64,000 nucleotides of DNA from contig OZ024745.1 in assembly GCA_964016885.1 (NCBI GenBank), positions 25,606,001 through 25,670,000 on the forward strand, written 5' to 3'. Positions within the stretch are counted from its first letter, which is position 1, and each line of letters begins with the position of its first letter. The stretch comes from Eledone cirrhosa (taxonomy: Eukaryota). The notes under the pieces are model-generated. The model did not search any database and was not told the origin of the DNA. It saw nothing but the letters and a program-made list of their open reading frames with translations. Positions 40,530-54,164 of this stretch are shown one piece after another. The position numbers were made by a program, and so were the translations under genes.

Positions 40530-42890
40530 TGTTCTTCTGGTTTTATAATTTCACAAAGTTTTACCAATAGAGAGAGAGTCGGTTTCTAACATAGACACAA
40601 AACTCTCTCATTGGAATTTACACAACATCAACTAGGTAGTTATGTATGTATGCATGCATGTGTAGATATGGATGTTATTGTATGTGTGGATGTGTATGTG
40701 TGCATGTGTATATGCTTTGCACCTGTACATGTGTATATGCAGTTATTAGATGCAACATTTTTGGAATGTTTTACATATTTTTACTGTTCCATTAATGGAT
40801 TGTACTTGTAATTTCCTAACTAGTTGTGTTTTTTCTGTTCCTGTGAAGCCTAGCTTCTCAAGATTTGTATTGAGGCAGTTACTAACATATCCCAGTGCCC
40901 CAATAATCACAGGCATAAATCTGAAGGTGTAATCAGGGTGGAGTATCTGCAGATTTCTCATCAGTTCTGCATAAATATTCTCTTTTTCACTAATCTTTGA
41001 TATGATATTATATTTGCATCTACTGGGCAGCTAATTTCCACTACTGTGCATGCTTTCTTCTCCCTGTCCCATATCATAATATCTGGTTTGTTATGTCTGC
41101 ATTTTATTGGGGTTTTTACTGGAACATCGCACCAGTACCCTTTCATATTATATACATGGATGTCTTCCACATTGCTGTAACTTTTAATGTGTTTATTATC
41201 GGGGCTATCCTTTTTACGAACTGCATTGTACAGTGTTTTGGCCACTACATCATGCCTCATAGGTAGATAGTACCGCGATTACATCTTTGGACAGCTGCTG
41301 ATGACATGGGTGATATCCTCGATGTTAGTTCTGCAGAGTCTGCACTTGTTATCACATCTAGGTGTTTTGCCTGCATTCCTATCTCTTTTGTGAATCAGGT
41401 ATTTCGTGTTAATCTCCTGTTCCTGGATTTCAAAAGCGTATCCTTCAAAGTGGGAGCCAATATAGCGTTTGTTGGTCCAAGATAGACTACTTTCCTTATC
41501 TATATTACTCTCACTCTGGAGATTCCTGGCAACATATCCATGAATGATTATTTGCTGATAGGCATGCAGTTTTTCATCCATAATTTCACTGCGATACTGC
41601 TGAGCGATATCCCTGGGGAGTCATCCCTGGGACATCCGTAGGTCATCTCTCGAGGAGTTCCTTCCCAACTCTCATGATCTTATCTGTTTCATGCAGATAG
41701 ACTTGCTCGAGAAATGGGTTCCTACGCTTCGAAGTTCGTAGATGTTGTCGGAGAGATATGATGCGGCATTCAAATGTTGTCTGGACTGATGTTAGGCCAC
41801 TGCCTCCCTGCTTACGTTTCAAGTAAAGGCGGTCTATGTCACTGTTGATGTGGAAGTTTCCGGTGTTGTTCAGTATTTTTCGAGTTCCAACAGCAACTGC
41901 TCGAATTTCGTCTATCGTCCAATTGAGTATTCCAAACGTTGGTGTTAGGACAGGCACAGCAAACACATTGTGAGACACTGTTTTGTTTTGCGCAGAGAGT
42001 TCCTATGACCAGATCTTTCTTAATCGGGTGTAGTATTCCCTGGTTACGCGTTCTTTATTACAGATACCATTATAGGATATGTTCTCATCTATCCCCAGGT
42101 ATCTGTAGCAGTCCTCATCAGATGTCGGTGCAACATTTAGGCCATTGATGACAATGTTGCTAGATTGGGTTGTTGTTTTTCTCCGCTTTACAGTAATGTA
42201 TGAGCATTTATCTTGGCCAAACTCCATTCCTATATCCTTTGAGAACGTTGTAACGAGGTCAAGATTTTTCTTCATCCCATCCATGCTCTTGGCATAGATT
42301 TTCAGATCGTCTACAAAGAAATTATGGGTTAGGTTCGTATTTCTGTCCTCCTGTGAGCCAATGATGTATCCCTCACATTTCTTGAGCTGAAAGGACAAGG
42401 GGTTTAATGACAAGATGAATAATATCACAGAGTGACTGTCCCCCTGAAATATACCCCTGCAATATTTTATTTTATCAGTGAAAATAGAGTCCTCCCTCTC
42501 TGTCTTTAACCTTAGGATAGTAGCCCAAGAAGAAGACAGCCTCTCTATGGCTCTGACAATAATGTCTGGGACTTTAGCAAGAATCGAAAGCTTTCCTGTA
42601 GTCCAGCCAGACTGTAGTCATATTCCTCCTAAGTTGTCGCACATCCGACATCGCAGTTTTGTTGATTAGGAGTTGTTCAGCACATCTCCAAACCCCTTTC
42701 TTTCCAGCTGCTTGTTCATCTGTGATGATGTTATTATTTTCACAGTGATCTTGGAGGAATAGCTTCAGGCAGGCTGTATACATCTTATACATCAGGTTCT
42801 GGCATGCAATGGGTCGGTAGATCTTTGCCAAGTGGGTGTCTTTGTTCTTGGGGACCAGTAATATTTGTGCTAATGTCAACCATTCTGGTT
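40530..42890 (-). mobile_element. R4/Dong-clade LINE, 5'-truncated copy 2 (RT + CCHC + RLE, disrupted)
   Basis: YRPIACQN, WLDYRKAFDS, GIFQGDS, FFVDDLKIY, YRYLGI, CRLC..H..C, PDIMIWD. Confidence 0.93.
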
Positions 42891-42899
42891 GTATGTATG

Positions 42900-42933
<34 letters not shown>

Positions 42934-42989
42934 TGTATGTATGTATGTATGTATGTATGTATGTATGCATGCATGCATGCATGCATGCA

Positions 42990-43036
<47 letters not shown>

Positions 43037-43058
43037 ATATATGTATGTATGTATGAAT

Positions 43059-43465
43059 GAGAGATGACCCCTTAGCCTTTGTCAAGGCAGAATTCTAGGA
43101 GAAGGAAAACTCTGATATAACACCTGCAACCCTGATGGTATCCAATGATGTTGACTTGTTCTTCTTTTTGGTAAATATCATCTTGGTTAAGAGAGTGGGA
43201 CTGGCTTTGTGCAGTGCCTTTGCTCACTATAAAAGCTTCACGGCACAGGCATTGCTTTGTATCTGGAGATCTCTCTGCACTTGTCGTCACATGGTACCAA
43301 AGGTAAAGCACTATGTGTCAATAATTGTCACAAGTGTAGTGTTTGTACCAGAGTTTTCAAGTCGCTGGCTGGACTAAAAAGTCACACTCGTTCAGCGCAT
43401 CGGTAGGGGTTCTCCTACATGGATATAAAGTAGTGGCCGTACTCGAAAACGAGTTGGCAGCCACC
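43059..43465 (+). mobile_element. Type A RTE derivative, 5'-truncated
   Basis: Homologous to 8963-9370. Confidence 0.85.
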
Positions 43466-43532
43466 ATGTATGAATGAATGTATGTATATATATATATATA
43501 TATATATATACAAGTGTATATGTGTGTATATG

Positions 43533-44029
43533 CGGCGTGCCACAGCTTGAGATCGGTGTGGAAGTCGGACCTTCGTAGAGACCTGAAAATCCGCCTCTTC
43601 ATTGTTGTAGTGGAGTCTGTGCTGCTGTATGGGTCTGAGACTTGGACACTGACCAAGAAACTCACTCAGATGGTGGATGGGTGCTACACGAGAATGCTGA
43701 GGATGGCTCTGAACATTAATCAGTATACACTGAGGATGAAAAACTCAGAGCTGTATGGGAGCATCCCAAAAGTCAGCTCAAAAGTGACACAGAGGAGACT
43801 GAGGTTGGCTGGACATGCTCACCGACATCCAGAGTTGACATTGCACTCAGTGCTCCTTTGGGAGCCCCTACATGGACACACTAGAAGAGGAAGACCAAGG
43901 TTAACATATGTTGATGCCCTAAGGACAGACACTGGTCTGTTGGAGATGCAGGATATGGCAGCGATAATGAGGGACAGAGACCGCTGGAGAGAACTCGTCC
44001 ATGGATCTCGGGAATTTTACCCGCCTTAG
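43533..44029 (+). mobile_element. RTE-clade LINE (family 2) 3' fragment
   Basis: AACHSLRSVWKS..LLYGSETWTL..EFYPP* followed by (TAGA)n. Confidence 0.92.
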
Positions 44030-44607
44030 ATAGATAGATATGTGTGTATATATGTGTATATATGTTGTATGTATATATATATATATACATGTGTGTGTTT
44101 GTGTTTCTGTGTGTGTGTATACACACATGCTCATAAAAACCTGCATGTTAAACTTGAGCGAGATCCTGCATTTATGTTGTAAATGCATTCTGATACTAAT
44201 ACTTATATTCTGTACTAGCTGTACACGTTTAGGTAGTATGTCATGAACCTTCTCCTCTTGGCTCATAAAACTCCTCACCAACCCCCTCTTTTGGCTTCTA
44301 CTCCATCATAACCTCAGCCACCACAACTTATCATATTCTTCATGATGTACATCCGGTTCCGGGCTTAACTGTTATGATGTCATAGAGGCTTTCAAAAAGG
44401 ATACACTACAGTGGCGTTCCTCCAGTAGGCACGAAATCTGAGATCTTTGAGGATGTGGTGGGGAGAAAATTGAGAAAGACAGAAAGCTTTAGGCTTTTCG
44501 TCAGAGAATCGAATGTATATGCATATATACATACGTACATGCATATACATACATACATACATATACAAATATATATATACATATATATATATGTGTGTGT
44601 ATATATA

Positions 44608-44685
<78 letters not shown>

Positions 44686-44762
44686 TTCTCATATCCTGTG
44701 TAAACTCTCTACTTTGTTTCTTATTTCTTTTTGAAACACTTCCTCCAACTCTCTCTCACACA

Positions 44763-44885
<123 letters not shown>

Positions 44886-44978
44886 AGTATATACGTATAC
44901 ATATATATATATATATATATATATATGAATACACAAACACAGCTATCTAGCTATTATTTATGTATGTATGTATCTAAC

Positions 44979-45099
<121 letters not shown>

Positions 45100-45202
45100 T
45101 GTGTGTGTGTGTGAGAGAGAGAGAGAGATGTGTGCGTGTGAGTGTGTGTGTATGAAAATGTTGGGTTTTCCCATAATCTCATCTCCCATTATTTCGTCTT
45201 TG

Positions 45203-45385
45203 TGGATTGGCAGTATCGGTAGAGGGTCGGACGCCATGCTTTCCAGCATAGTTACGTCCCTTTACCATCTGAGTTCAAATCCCGCCGAGGTTGACTTTGC
45301 CTTTCATCCTTACGGGGTCGATAAAATAAAGTACCAGTAATGCACTGGTAATTGCTGGCCTTGTGCCTAAAGTAGAAACAATTAT
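45203..45385 (+). mobile_element. SINE family A with 17-bp TSD
   Basis: attatttcgtctttgtg at 45188-45204 and 45381-45397. Confidence 0.92.
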
Positions 45386-45766
45386 TTCGTCTTTGTGTCT
45401 CTATTCTCAGCATGCTATCCTCATCCGCCTCGTTTCTACGTTGCCCTCCTCATCTCTATGTCTGTCAGCTATATTACTATCACTAATACTTCACTATTAT
45501 TTTCGTTATTTTCCAGAAAAATCCGTAAATATTAAAATCAACGAAAAATATCAGAGATTTTAAAGAAAAAAACAACAAAAATGTTCCCAAGAAATAAAAA
45601 AAATACAGAAAAATAGGTAGGTCATATCCAACATATTAAAAATACACACATATACACATACAAACATACATATGTAAACTCATATACGCATACACATACA
45701 CATACAGTTGTCTATCTCTATATTTATCTCCTCCTCTCTAATCTCCCTATATCTCTCCCTGTCGGC

Positions 45767-45856
<90 letters not shown>

Positions 45857-45957
45857 ATACTTTGGGAGGGTCATGTTGCCAATAAGAAACACACGCACCA
45901 GTTGCTTTCACTCCAATTTATTATAAATTAAATTTATAAATTTAAGAATTTATATAC

Positions 45958-46215
<258 letters not shown>

Positions 46216-46426
46216 TTTCTGAATTTGTTTAGCAAGATTCTTTATCTGAAATCGTGTGTTGAAACCGATATTGTTATACTTTGGGAGGGTCATGTTGCCA
46301 ATAAGAAACACACGCACCAGTTGCTTTCACTTCAATTTAATTTAATATATATTTATAAATTTACAAATTTATAAATTTCTGGTTGGTTGGTTGGTTCCAC
46401 AACCAGATAGTTGTTTATATATATAT

Positions 46427-46471
46427 AGTCATAGTTCTTTCGTCACACACTCTGTGACCTCTTCAGTGACT
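46427..46471 (-). ncRNA. Type I hammerhead ribozyme (mirror copy)
   Basis: Reverse complement of 46583-46627. Confidence 0.8.
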
Positions 46472-46582
46472 GGGGATTTCTTTCTTCGTTTCTGTGCCTT
46501 TCCTTTCTTCTATCCTACGCCATTTTGAAAATGGCGTAGGATAGAAGAAAGGAAAGGCACAGAAACGAAGAAAGAAATCCCC

Positions 46583-46627
46583 AGTCACTGAAGAGGTCAC
46601 AGAGTGTGTGACGAAAGAACTATGACT
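46583..46627 (+). ncRNA. Type I hammerhead ribozyme
   Basis: AGTCA-CTGAAGA-G-GTCACA-GAGTG-TGTGAC-GAAAG-AA-CTA-TGACT; 5-bp stem I, CUA triplet. Confidence 0.8.
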
Positions 46628-46778
46628 ATATATATATAAACAACTATCTGGTTGTGGAACCAACCAACCAACCAGAAATTTATAAATTTGTAAATTTATA
46701 AATATATATTAAATTAAATTGAAGTGAAAGCAACTGGTGCGTGTGTTTCTTATTGGCAACATGACCCTCCCAAAGTAT

Positions 46779-46811
<33 letters not shown>

Positions 46812-47123
46812 CTATAAATTATATCCATAGAATCATTTGATAAGATATATGCTCCATTACCTCTCCCAATTAGCATAATCAACCACACAAAAAACCAATT
46901 AAACCAGGCTATAAGATTAAAAGGCACATATGAAGAAAAAGTAGATAAATAAACGACAGCCATCTTTTCGCAATCAACAGCTATAGAATATTTACCCACC
47001 ATTTCAATAGAACGGGGAAATCGATTAAATATATCGCCAACCATACACAATTAGGTATAAAATTAAAGTTAGAAGAAAAAATGCATATACACATACCAGG
47101 ATTATATACATATAATATACATA

Positions 47124-47192
<69 letters not shown>

Positions 47193-47399
47193 GTTGGTAC
47201 TTTTGGCACAAGGCCAGCAATTACCCAGTACATATAATATAATTTATGTAGGTGTATATATGTGTGTGTATATATGTATGTGTATGTATATATTTATATA
47301 AACATAGAAATATACACATACACACGTAGACACACATACACACACTCATATAATTAGTGCTTCTATTGTTAATACATTAACAATAGAAGCACTAATTAT

Positions 47400-47600
47400 A
47401 TAAATATGATATATAAATATGTGTATATATCAGATATATAAATATGATATATAAATATGTGTATATATAAGATATATAAATATGTGTATATATAAGATAT
47501 ATAAATATGTGTATATATAAGATATAAATATGATATATAAATATGTGTATATATCAGATATATAAATATGTGTATATATCAGATATATAAATATGTGTAT
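47400..47600. repeat. AT-rich ~24-bp minisatellite
   Basis: atataaatatgtgtatatat(a/c)ag units. Confidence 0.8.
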
Positions 47601-47841
47601 ATTTCTATACACATTGGTGCAGTCTCGGTTACCCTCTCTGTATATATACAGATATAACTTTATCGTACACTTCGGCTGCTAGCACTTTTCGTAGCAGCCA
47701 CTGTCTTTGTCTCTAAAGTCTTTATTCGATTTTTATATTGAACAGCTACTGCCTCTAATCGCAGTTATTTTCTGTGTCTAAGCTTTCTACATCTTAATTC
47801 CATCCCACCCGTCCACTTAATCTATTTTATTTCTCATTCTT

Positions 47842-47877
47842 TCTTCTGATGAAGGACTAGCGTCCGAAACGTTAAGA
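47842..47877 (+). ncRNA. Minimal hammerhead ribozyme in an ORF-less pLTR remnant (~47605-47965)
   Basis: TCTT-CTGATGA-A-GGAC-TAGC-GTCC-GAAAC-GTT-AAGA; stem I TCTT/AAGA; palindromic AACGTT. Confidence 0.82.
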
Positions 47878-47980
47878 CCCTCTTCTTGTTATATCAAGTG
47901 TTAACCTAATATATACCTTCAATATACTGTACCGATTGTGTTGTTGTTTCTGTTTACCTTTTACATATATATATATATAT

Positions 47981-48183
47981 ATCATGTTTAATATAGAAAT
48001 CTCTTCTACAAGACTAGAACTGTTTCATTAAAAAGAAATCACGAGGAAAGCTTTCTTGATGATTTCTTGGGAATGAAACAGTTCTATTCCTGTAGATGAC
48101 AATTCTATCTTAAACATGATGTTTACACTCTACTAATGTATTGAGAACCTTACTAACTCTGGTTACCCCCGATTGAACCCGGG
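47981..48183 (+). mobile_element. Diverged fold-back element with degenerate hammerhead
   Basis: atcatgttta..tagaactgtttcatt / aatgaaacagttcta..taaacatgat; TTGATGA..GAAAC; related copy near 53797-53900. Confidence 0.6.
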
Positions 48184-48224
48184 ATATATATATATCCATA
48201 TCATAGCCTCACTTCCTATATATG

Positions 48225-48287
<63 letters not shown>

Positions 48288-48306
48288 GTATATATATATA
48301 TCTATA

Positions 48307-48349
<43 letters not shown>

Positions 48350-48372
48350 GTATATATATGTATATATATGTA

Positions 48373-48421
<49 letters not shown>

Positions 48422-48450
48422 CCATATCAAAGCCTCACTTCCTATATATG

Positions 48451-48513
<63 letters not shown>

Positions 48514-48515
<2 letters not shown>

Positions 48516-48778
48516 GATATTAAACAAATGGAAACTATATTTATAAAACCATATTTATTTCGTTATAAAACAGCTTATGTATTGTATTTTGTCTGAGGAA
48601 GGCATACCATATTTTTAATATGATATCCCAGAAATATATATAACGAAATAAATATGGTTTTATAAATATAGTTTCCATTTGTTTAATATCGTAAACCTAC
48701 TCCAGAAACTGTTGAGTGCTTTTATATCAGTTATAAAATATTTACTCGTTGTAACCCAACAATCTTAAATAAAACTTT

Positions 48779-48781
<3 letters not shown>
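48514..48781 (+). mobile_element. Fold-back element with hammerhead-like centre
   Basis: Arms ~48514-48565 / 48640-48692; CTGAGGA-A-stem-GAAA-TATA-TA; tail homologous (inverted) to 2314-2400. Confidence 0.65.
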
Positions 48782-48847
<66 letters not shown>

Positions 48848-48852
48848 GTATA

Positions 48853-48963
<111 letters not shown>

Positions 48964-49065
48964 ATATATAGGAAGAGAGGCTATGATATGGAATTGAAAA
49001 GAGTAAGAAATAATTAAGACTGGAAAGAAATAGGGAGATAGTATGAGGGAAGGGGGTGCAGAGAC

Positions 49066-49133
<68 letters not shown>

Positions 49134-49364
49134 AAATCAAGAACGAAAGAAAGGAAGAAAGAAAGAAAGAAAAGTGAGATGTTTCTAAGTAGTAGGTAAT
49201 TTTTTAACTGCATTCCAACGAGTTGAAAGAACGTACCTGAAGTAGGGTAAATGGAATGTGTACCTGCCTATGTTTCTATATGTGTATATGTATGAAAGTC
49301 TATTTGTATATGTGCATGTGTACGAGTGCGAGAGAGGGGGGGAGCGAGAGAGGGAGTGAGAGGG

Positions 49365-49416
<52 letters not shown>

Positions 49417-49621
49417 CTGTCATATGACTATGTCAAGGTACGTTTGAGTTTCTTTCTGCACGAGGGTTAGTTATAAATAAGATAAATCAAATAAGAAGAC
49501 GTAAATGTTGTATGTATGTATGTATGCAAATATACATGAATTATTGCATGTATGTATATGTGTATGTATGTATATATGTATGCATATGTATGCATGCATG
49601 TATATATATATATATATATAT

Positions 49622-49815
49622 AACGAAGGAAATGTGGTAAGGAACCAGGTGGACCATAACGCACCAAAGTACTCAATACTTGAAGTAGTAGAGTGGGTAA
49701 TAGGAACCAGTAAGACCCCGACAGCTGAGCTCAAGCCGTTTCGACGGCTAATTCTGGACCCAGAATTAGCCGTCGAAACGGCTTGAGCTCAGCTGTCGGG
49801 GTCTTACTGGTTCCT
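49622..49815 (-). mobile_element. Fold-back family B copy
   Basis: Near-identical to 18854-19042 but with longer arms and a different loop. Confidence 0.82.
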
Positions 49816-49839
49816 ATATATATATATATATATATATAT

Positions 49840-50022
49840 AGGAAAAGAGTCAGAACCCCGACGGCAAAGCTCAAGCCGTTTCGACAGCTATTTCTGAGTC
49901 GAGAAATACCTGTCGAAACGTTTTGAGCTCTGCCGTCGGGGTTCTGACTCTTTTCCTATTACCCACTCTACTATGCAAAGTATCGAATACTCTGGTGTGT
50001 TATGGTCCACCTGGTTCCTTCG

Positions 50023-50024
<2 letters not shown>
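49840..50024 (+). mobile_element. Fold-back family B copy (different subfamily)
   Basis: Arms ggaaaagagtcagaacccc.. / ..ggggttctgactcttttcc plus tail. Confidence 0.8.
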
Positions 50025-50096
<72 letters not shown>

Positions 50097-52009
50097 ACAT
50101 GTATTTATATGTGTATGCCTGTATGTATATATCCATTTATGTATGAATGTATGTATGCGTGCGTGAAATCATATATGTATATATATATATGCACATATAT
50201 ATGCATATACGTGTGTCCGTATTTATACATGATGATTTTGTTATTTAGCCCCAAGTTAAATGTCTTTGTGCACACCTATGATCATAGATGTTCCAGTCGC
50301 GTCCATCCCTTATATTTTTGTTTAATTACTAAAATATATATTTTGCTCATCCTTATAGTATGTCATGACAATGGAGTGTGATTTGATGGAGTCTAGCTCA
50401 ACTGATTCACCAAGTAGCTTTCTCATTTCATCAAACATGGATTTATGCGTTTTTTTATACAGAAATTTTAGTTCATGTTGTAACTATTGCTGTTTTCGTT
50501 GTTAATATCTAGGATTAGAGATATTCATCAATGGATGATCAGTTCTGTTGATTTGAGGCGACAGAACTTGGAAGTTGAGTAGTTGCTGTTTGTCCCAGTG
50601 GATTTAGGGAAAATATACAAATGGCTACCACTGTCAATGTTCCAACTTCCTTTCCAGACTCTGCAGAAACTGAGCCTTCCACTTGCTTTCTCCTTCTCTA
50701 CCTTCACCACAAACATATACATATACGCACTAATACGTTCATATACACAGATATACACATGCACATACATTAATCCTATATAAAAATGTATATTTAGCGT
50801 TGCTGCAAAATAATTTTGAAATTATAAACCCCTGCGGTCACGGGGGTAGCGGGCTCAACCAAAACCGGCAACTTTCATGTAGTTGGATTTCATTTATCCT
50901 TGGTGCAGTTAAAACTTCTACATTCAGACTTAGCTTAAATACACATTATTCTTTAGATCTGATTAATTCATATCGGCTTTGTAGAGCTGAGGAGATGAAC
51001 TGGCTGAGTCTTTAGAAAATTGAGTAAAATGCTTTGCAGTATTCGTTCCGGCTCTCTACTCTCTCATCAACTTTCGAGGTTGATAAAGTACTTATCCATT
51101 ACTGGGGTTGTTACCTTCTATATATCTTTCTCCTCCCCCCATCTCTCTCTCTCTCTCTTTCCCCTTCTCTAGAAGAAATATGTTGTGTTCAAACCTCGAG
51201 AAGGGGTGGGCGTCACTATGTTTTAAAATGCCCCCAAAATGCCGTACGATGCTACGGCGCCCCTATGACTTCACTAGGAGTAACGGGATCATACATAGAT
51301 TTAGGGCAACGTAGTATATAATTTTTTAAACACTTTTTCTGGACATATTCATTTACAAATCGTATAAACCTTTTCCGAATCTTTTAGATTTTGTTTTGAA
51401 AGAGACGGTGTCACTGTGTGAGGCTAATCTTCATCAAATAGACAACAAGCATTCCCTTTACTTCCCCTCTACTTGTATGTATACACTTTAAGCTTACCTT
51501 AGCATTTGTACACGACACGCCACTGTTTAACAATAAACCTATTTTGTTACTTCGTCTACTTTATGACTTACCAAAATACCTATAAACCCAGTTATATCTC
51601 GTTAGCTATGAAGAAATAAAAAAAATACCCTGTAGATCTAGTTAGCGATATATTCAACTCTCAATTTATTTTATATAGCTAGAGACCCTGTTATCATCAT
51701 TACTGTTTAGTTCTAGTTCTCCTAACGTGCCTTAGTGGACCAGAGACCTAGCTTATGACGGATATTTTTTTAAACGTAGCCCTTGTTAGCAATATAAATA
51801 GTTGGTGTCAAATTTAATTAGCAATCGACATGTATAATTCAAGTCCTAGTGAGATACGGACCTCGTTAGCAATATGCTTAGGTCGCAATTTGCGTCAAGC
51901 GTCGTTAGCAATACCTAACATGTTTCAAATCTAGTTAGCTTTAAATGTAGTTTGTTATGAATTTAGTGTCAGTTTTAGCGTTAGGTTTGTTGTGGGTCAG
52001 ATATAGAAA

Positions 52010-54146
52010 ATAATGGTTTCTGATTTAGGCACAAGGCTAACCATTTTGGGGAAGGGGAAATTCAATTAAATTGACCCCAGTGCGTTATTGGTACTTTATT
52101 AGAAAATAATTGTTTCTACTTTAGGCACAAGGCCAGCAATTACCCAGTACATTACTGGTACTTTATTTTATCGACCCCGTAAGGATGAAAGGCAAAGTTT
52201 ACCTCGGCGGGATTTGAACTCAGACTGTAAAGGGACGTAAATATGCTAGAAAGCATGATTAATATTCCTAGTCAATAATAGACCTACATCTGTTCCACTA
52301 CAGTTTTAGTGTTTGACCTAGTTAGGGAGTTAGCTAGCAATAGAACTAAACTGCGCATGATTTAGATACTACTTGACCTAGTTAGCAATAGGCCTAAATA
52401 ATATCTATTTATAAATCGACCTAGGGAAATCAACTGAGTTGAAATCAGGTTGTGTCAATGACTTATCTAGTTAACGAATCTAGATAATCTTGGAATAAAT
52501 TATTATTTTGTTATTTTTCACCTTAATAATTGTTTCTACTTTAGGCACAAGGCCAGCAATCACCCAGTACATTACTGGTACTTTATTTTATCGACCCCGT
52601 AAGGATGAAAGGCAAAGTTAACCTCGACGGGATTTGAACTCAGACCGTAAAGGGACGTAACTATGCTGGAAAGCATGGCGTCCGACGCTCCACCGATACT
52701 GCCAATAATGATAGCTCTAGTTAGGCTCATAATAAAATGTACGATATCAAAAAAATACACATCTACATATGTTTCTGCCTGTGAATCTGTTAACAACAAC
52801 GCAGTGCTTAGGTATTGAAATACCAACATCGATACTTTAGAAGACGGAGATTCGGCTATCAGTGCTAAATCAACGTTATTCAATTGCATGCACCACAAAA
52901 AAAAAACTACAAAAAAAAAAAACATTCATTTGAAAAGAGCTTCATCGCTTATCTTGCCTAGTATGTCTTTAGGAACTTTCAGATTTCTGAGGAAAATGTG
53001 GGACATCTGTTGATTAAGACCTTGTGAATCGATAAATTAACTTTATCAACAACGAAAAACATATTAATGTCTTTTATTGGTCACAAGGGCCCAGGATGTT
53101 GAAGACAACATGGAAGTGAGATAAATAGAATGAGAAGGAACATTGTTGGATCTTTTTCTGTTTGTTCTTTTACATGGAACATGTATAAATTTAATAATTG
53201 TTTCTACTTTAGACACAAGACCAGCAATTACCCAGTGCATTACTGGTACTTTATTTTATTGACCCCGTAAGGATGAAAGGCAAAGTTAACCTTCGGCGGG
53301 ATTTGAACTCAGACCATAAAGGGCCGTAACTCTTTGCTGCAAATCATGGAGTCCGACCCTCTACCGATACTGCCAATCCACCACCCCAAATAGGTAATAA
53401 TACTTACAACAGAGCAGCAATAATGATGATGATGAGGATGATGATGATGACGATGATAATTAGCAAGGACATTGAGATTTGGATAGGAAGTAATAAGTTT
53501 TAGTCATAAGTTATCAGGCTTTTGTAGGTTCGAGTTGTATCTTTGCTTTGTTAAAATTGCAATTGTGTGTCTAAAAATAGCTTCAACAAAAAAATCACTT
53601 GGAATGTAAGTAGTATGGCGCAAACGCTGCATAAGCTTGGAATATTGGTCACATTAAGAGCAGAGGATTGTCAGTATCGGTAGAGTGTTGGACAACTTAT
53701 TTTGAGGCATATAATTACGGCCCTTAACGTTCTGAGTTCAAATCCTGTCGAGGTTAGCATTTCATTTCATCCTTACGGGCTCGATAAAATATTTATTTCA
53801 TATAGAAATTACTTCTACAGAATTAGAACTGTTTCATACGTTTGAAATCTTCAACAGCGAAACGGTTCTAGTCTTGTAGGTGACTATTAGACGAAACATA
53901 TTAAAAATTGGTACGTGAAAAAAAATGAAGTAGAGTTCAAGATCTTGTTAGCGAAGAGAATATATAAAATAATAATTGTTTCTACTTTTGGCACAAGGCC
54001 AGCAATTACTCCAGTGCATTACTGGTACTTTATTTTATCGACCCCGTAAGTATGAAAGGCAAAGTTAACCTCGGCGGGATTTGAACTCAGACCATAAAGG
54101 GCCGTAACTCTTTGCTGAAAAGCATGGCGTCCAACCCTCTACCGAT
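52010..54146 (-). mobile_element. Cluster of SINE family A copies (~52010-52100, 52107-52258, 52525-52705, 53192-53385, 53969-54146 on -; 53665-53790 on +)
   Basis: Repeated aattgtttctactttaggcacaaggccagcaatt..cgaccccgtaaggatgaaaggc..gggatttgaactcag. Confidence 0.88.
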
Positions 54147-54164
54147 AATGATAACACATTATCA

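Noticed and set aside
45203-45290. tRNA genes
   Set aside because: A/B boxes belong to SINE heads; no cloverleaf, and they continue into the SINE body.
50520-50790. Possible host exon
   Set aside because: Short ORFs on both strands, no recognisable motif or convincing splice sites.
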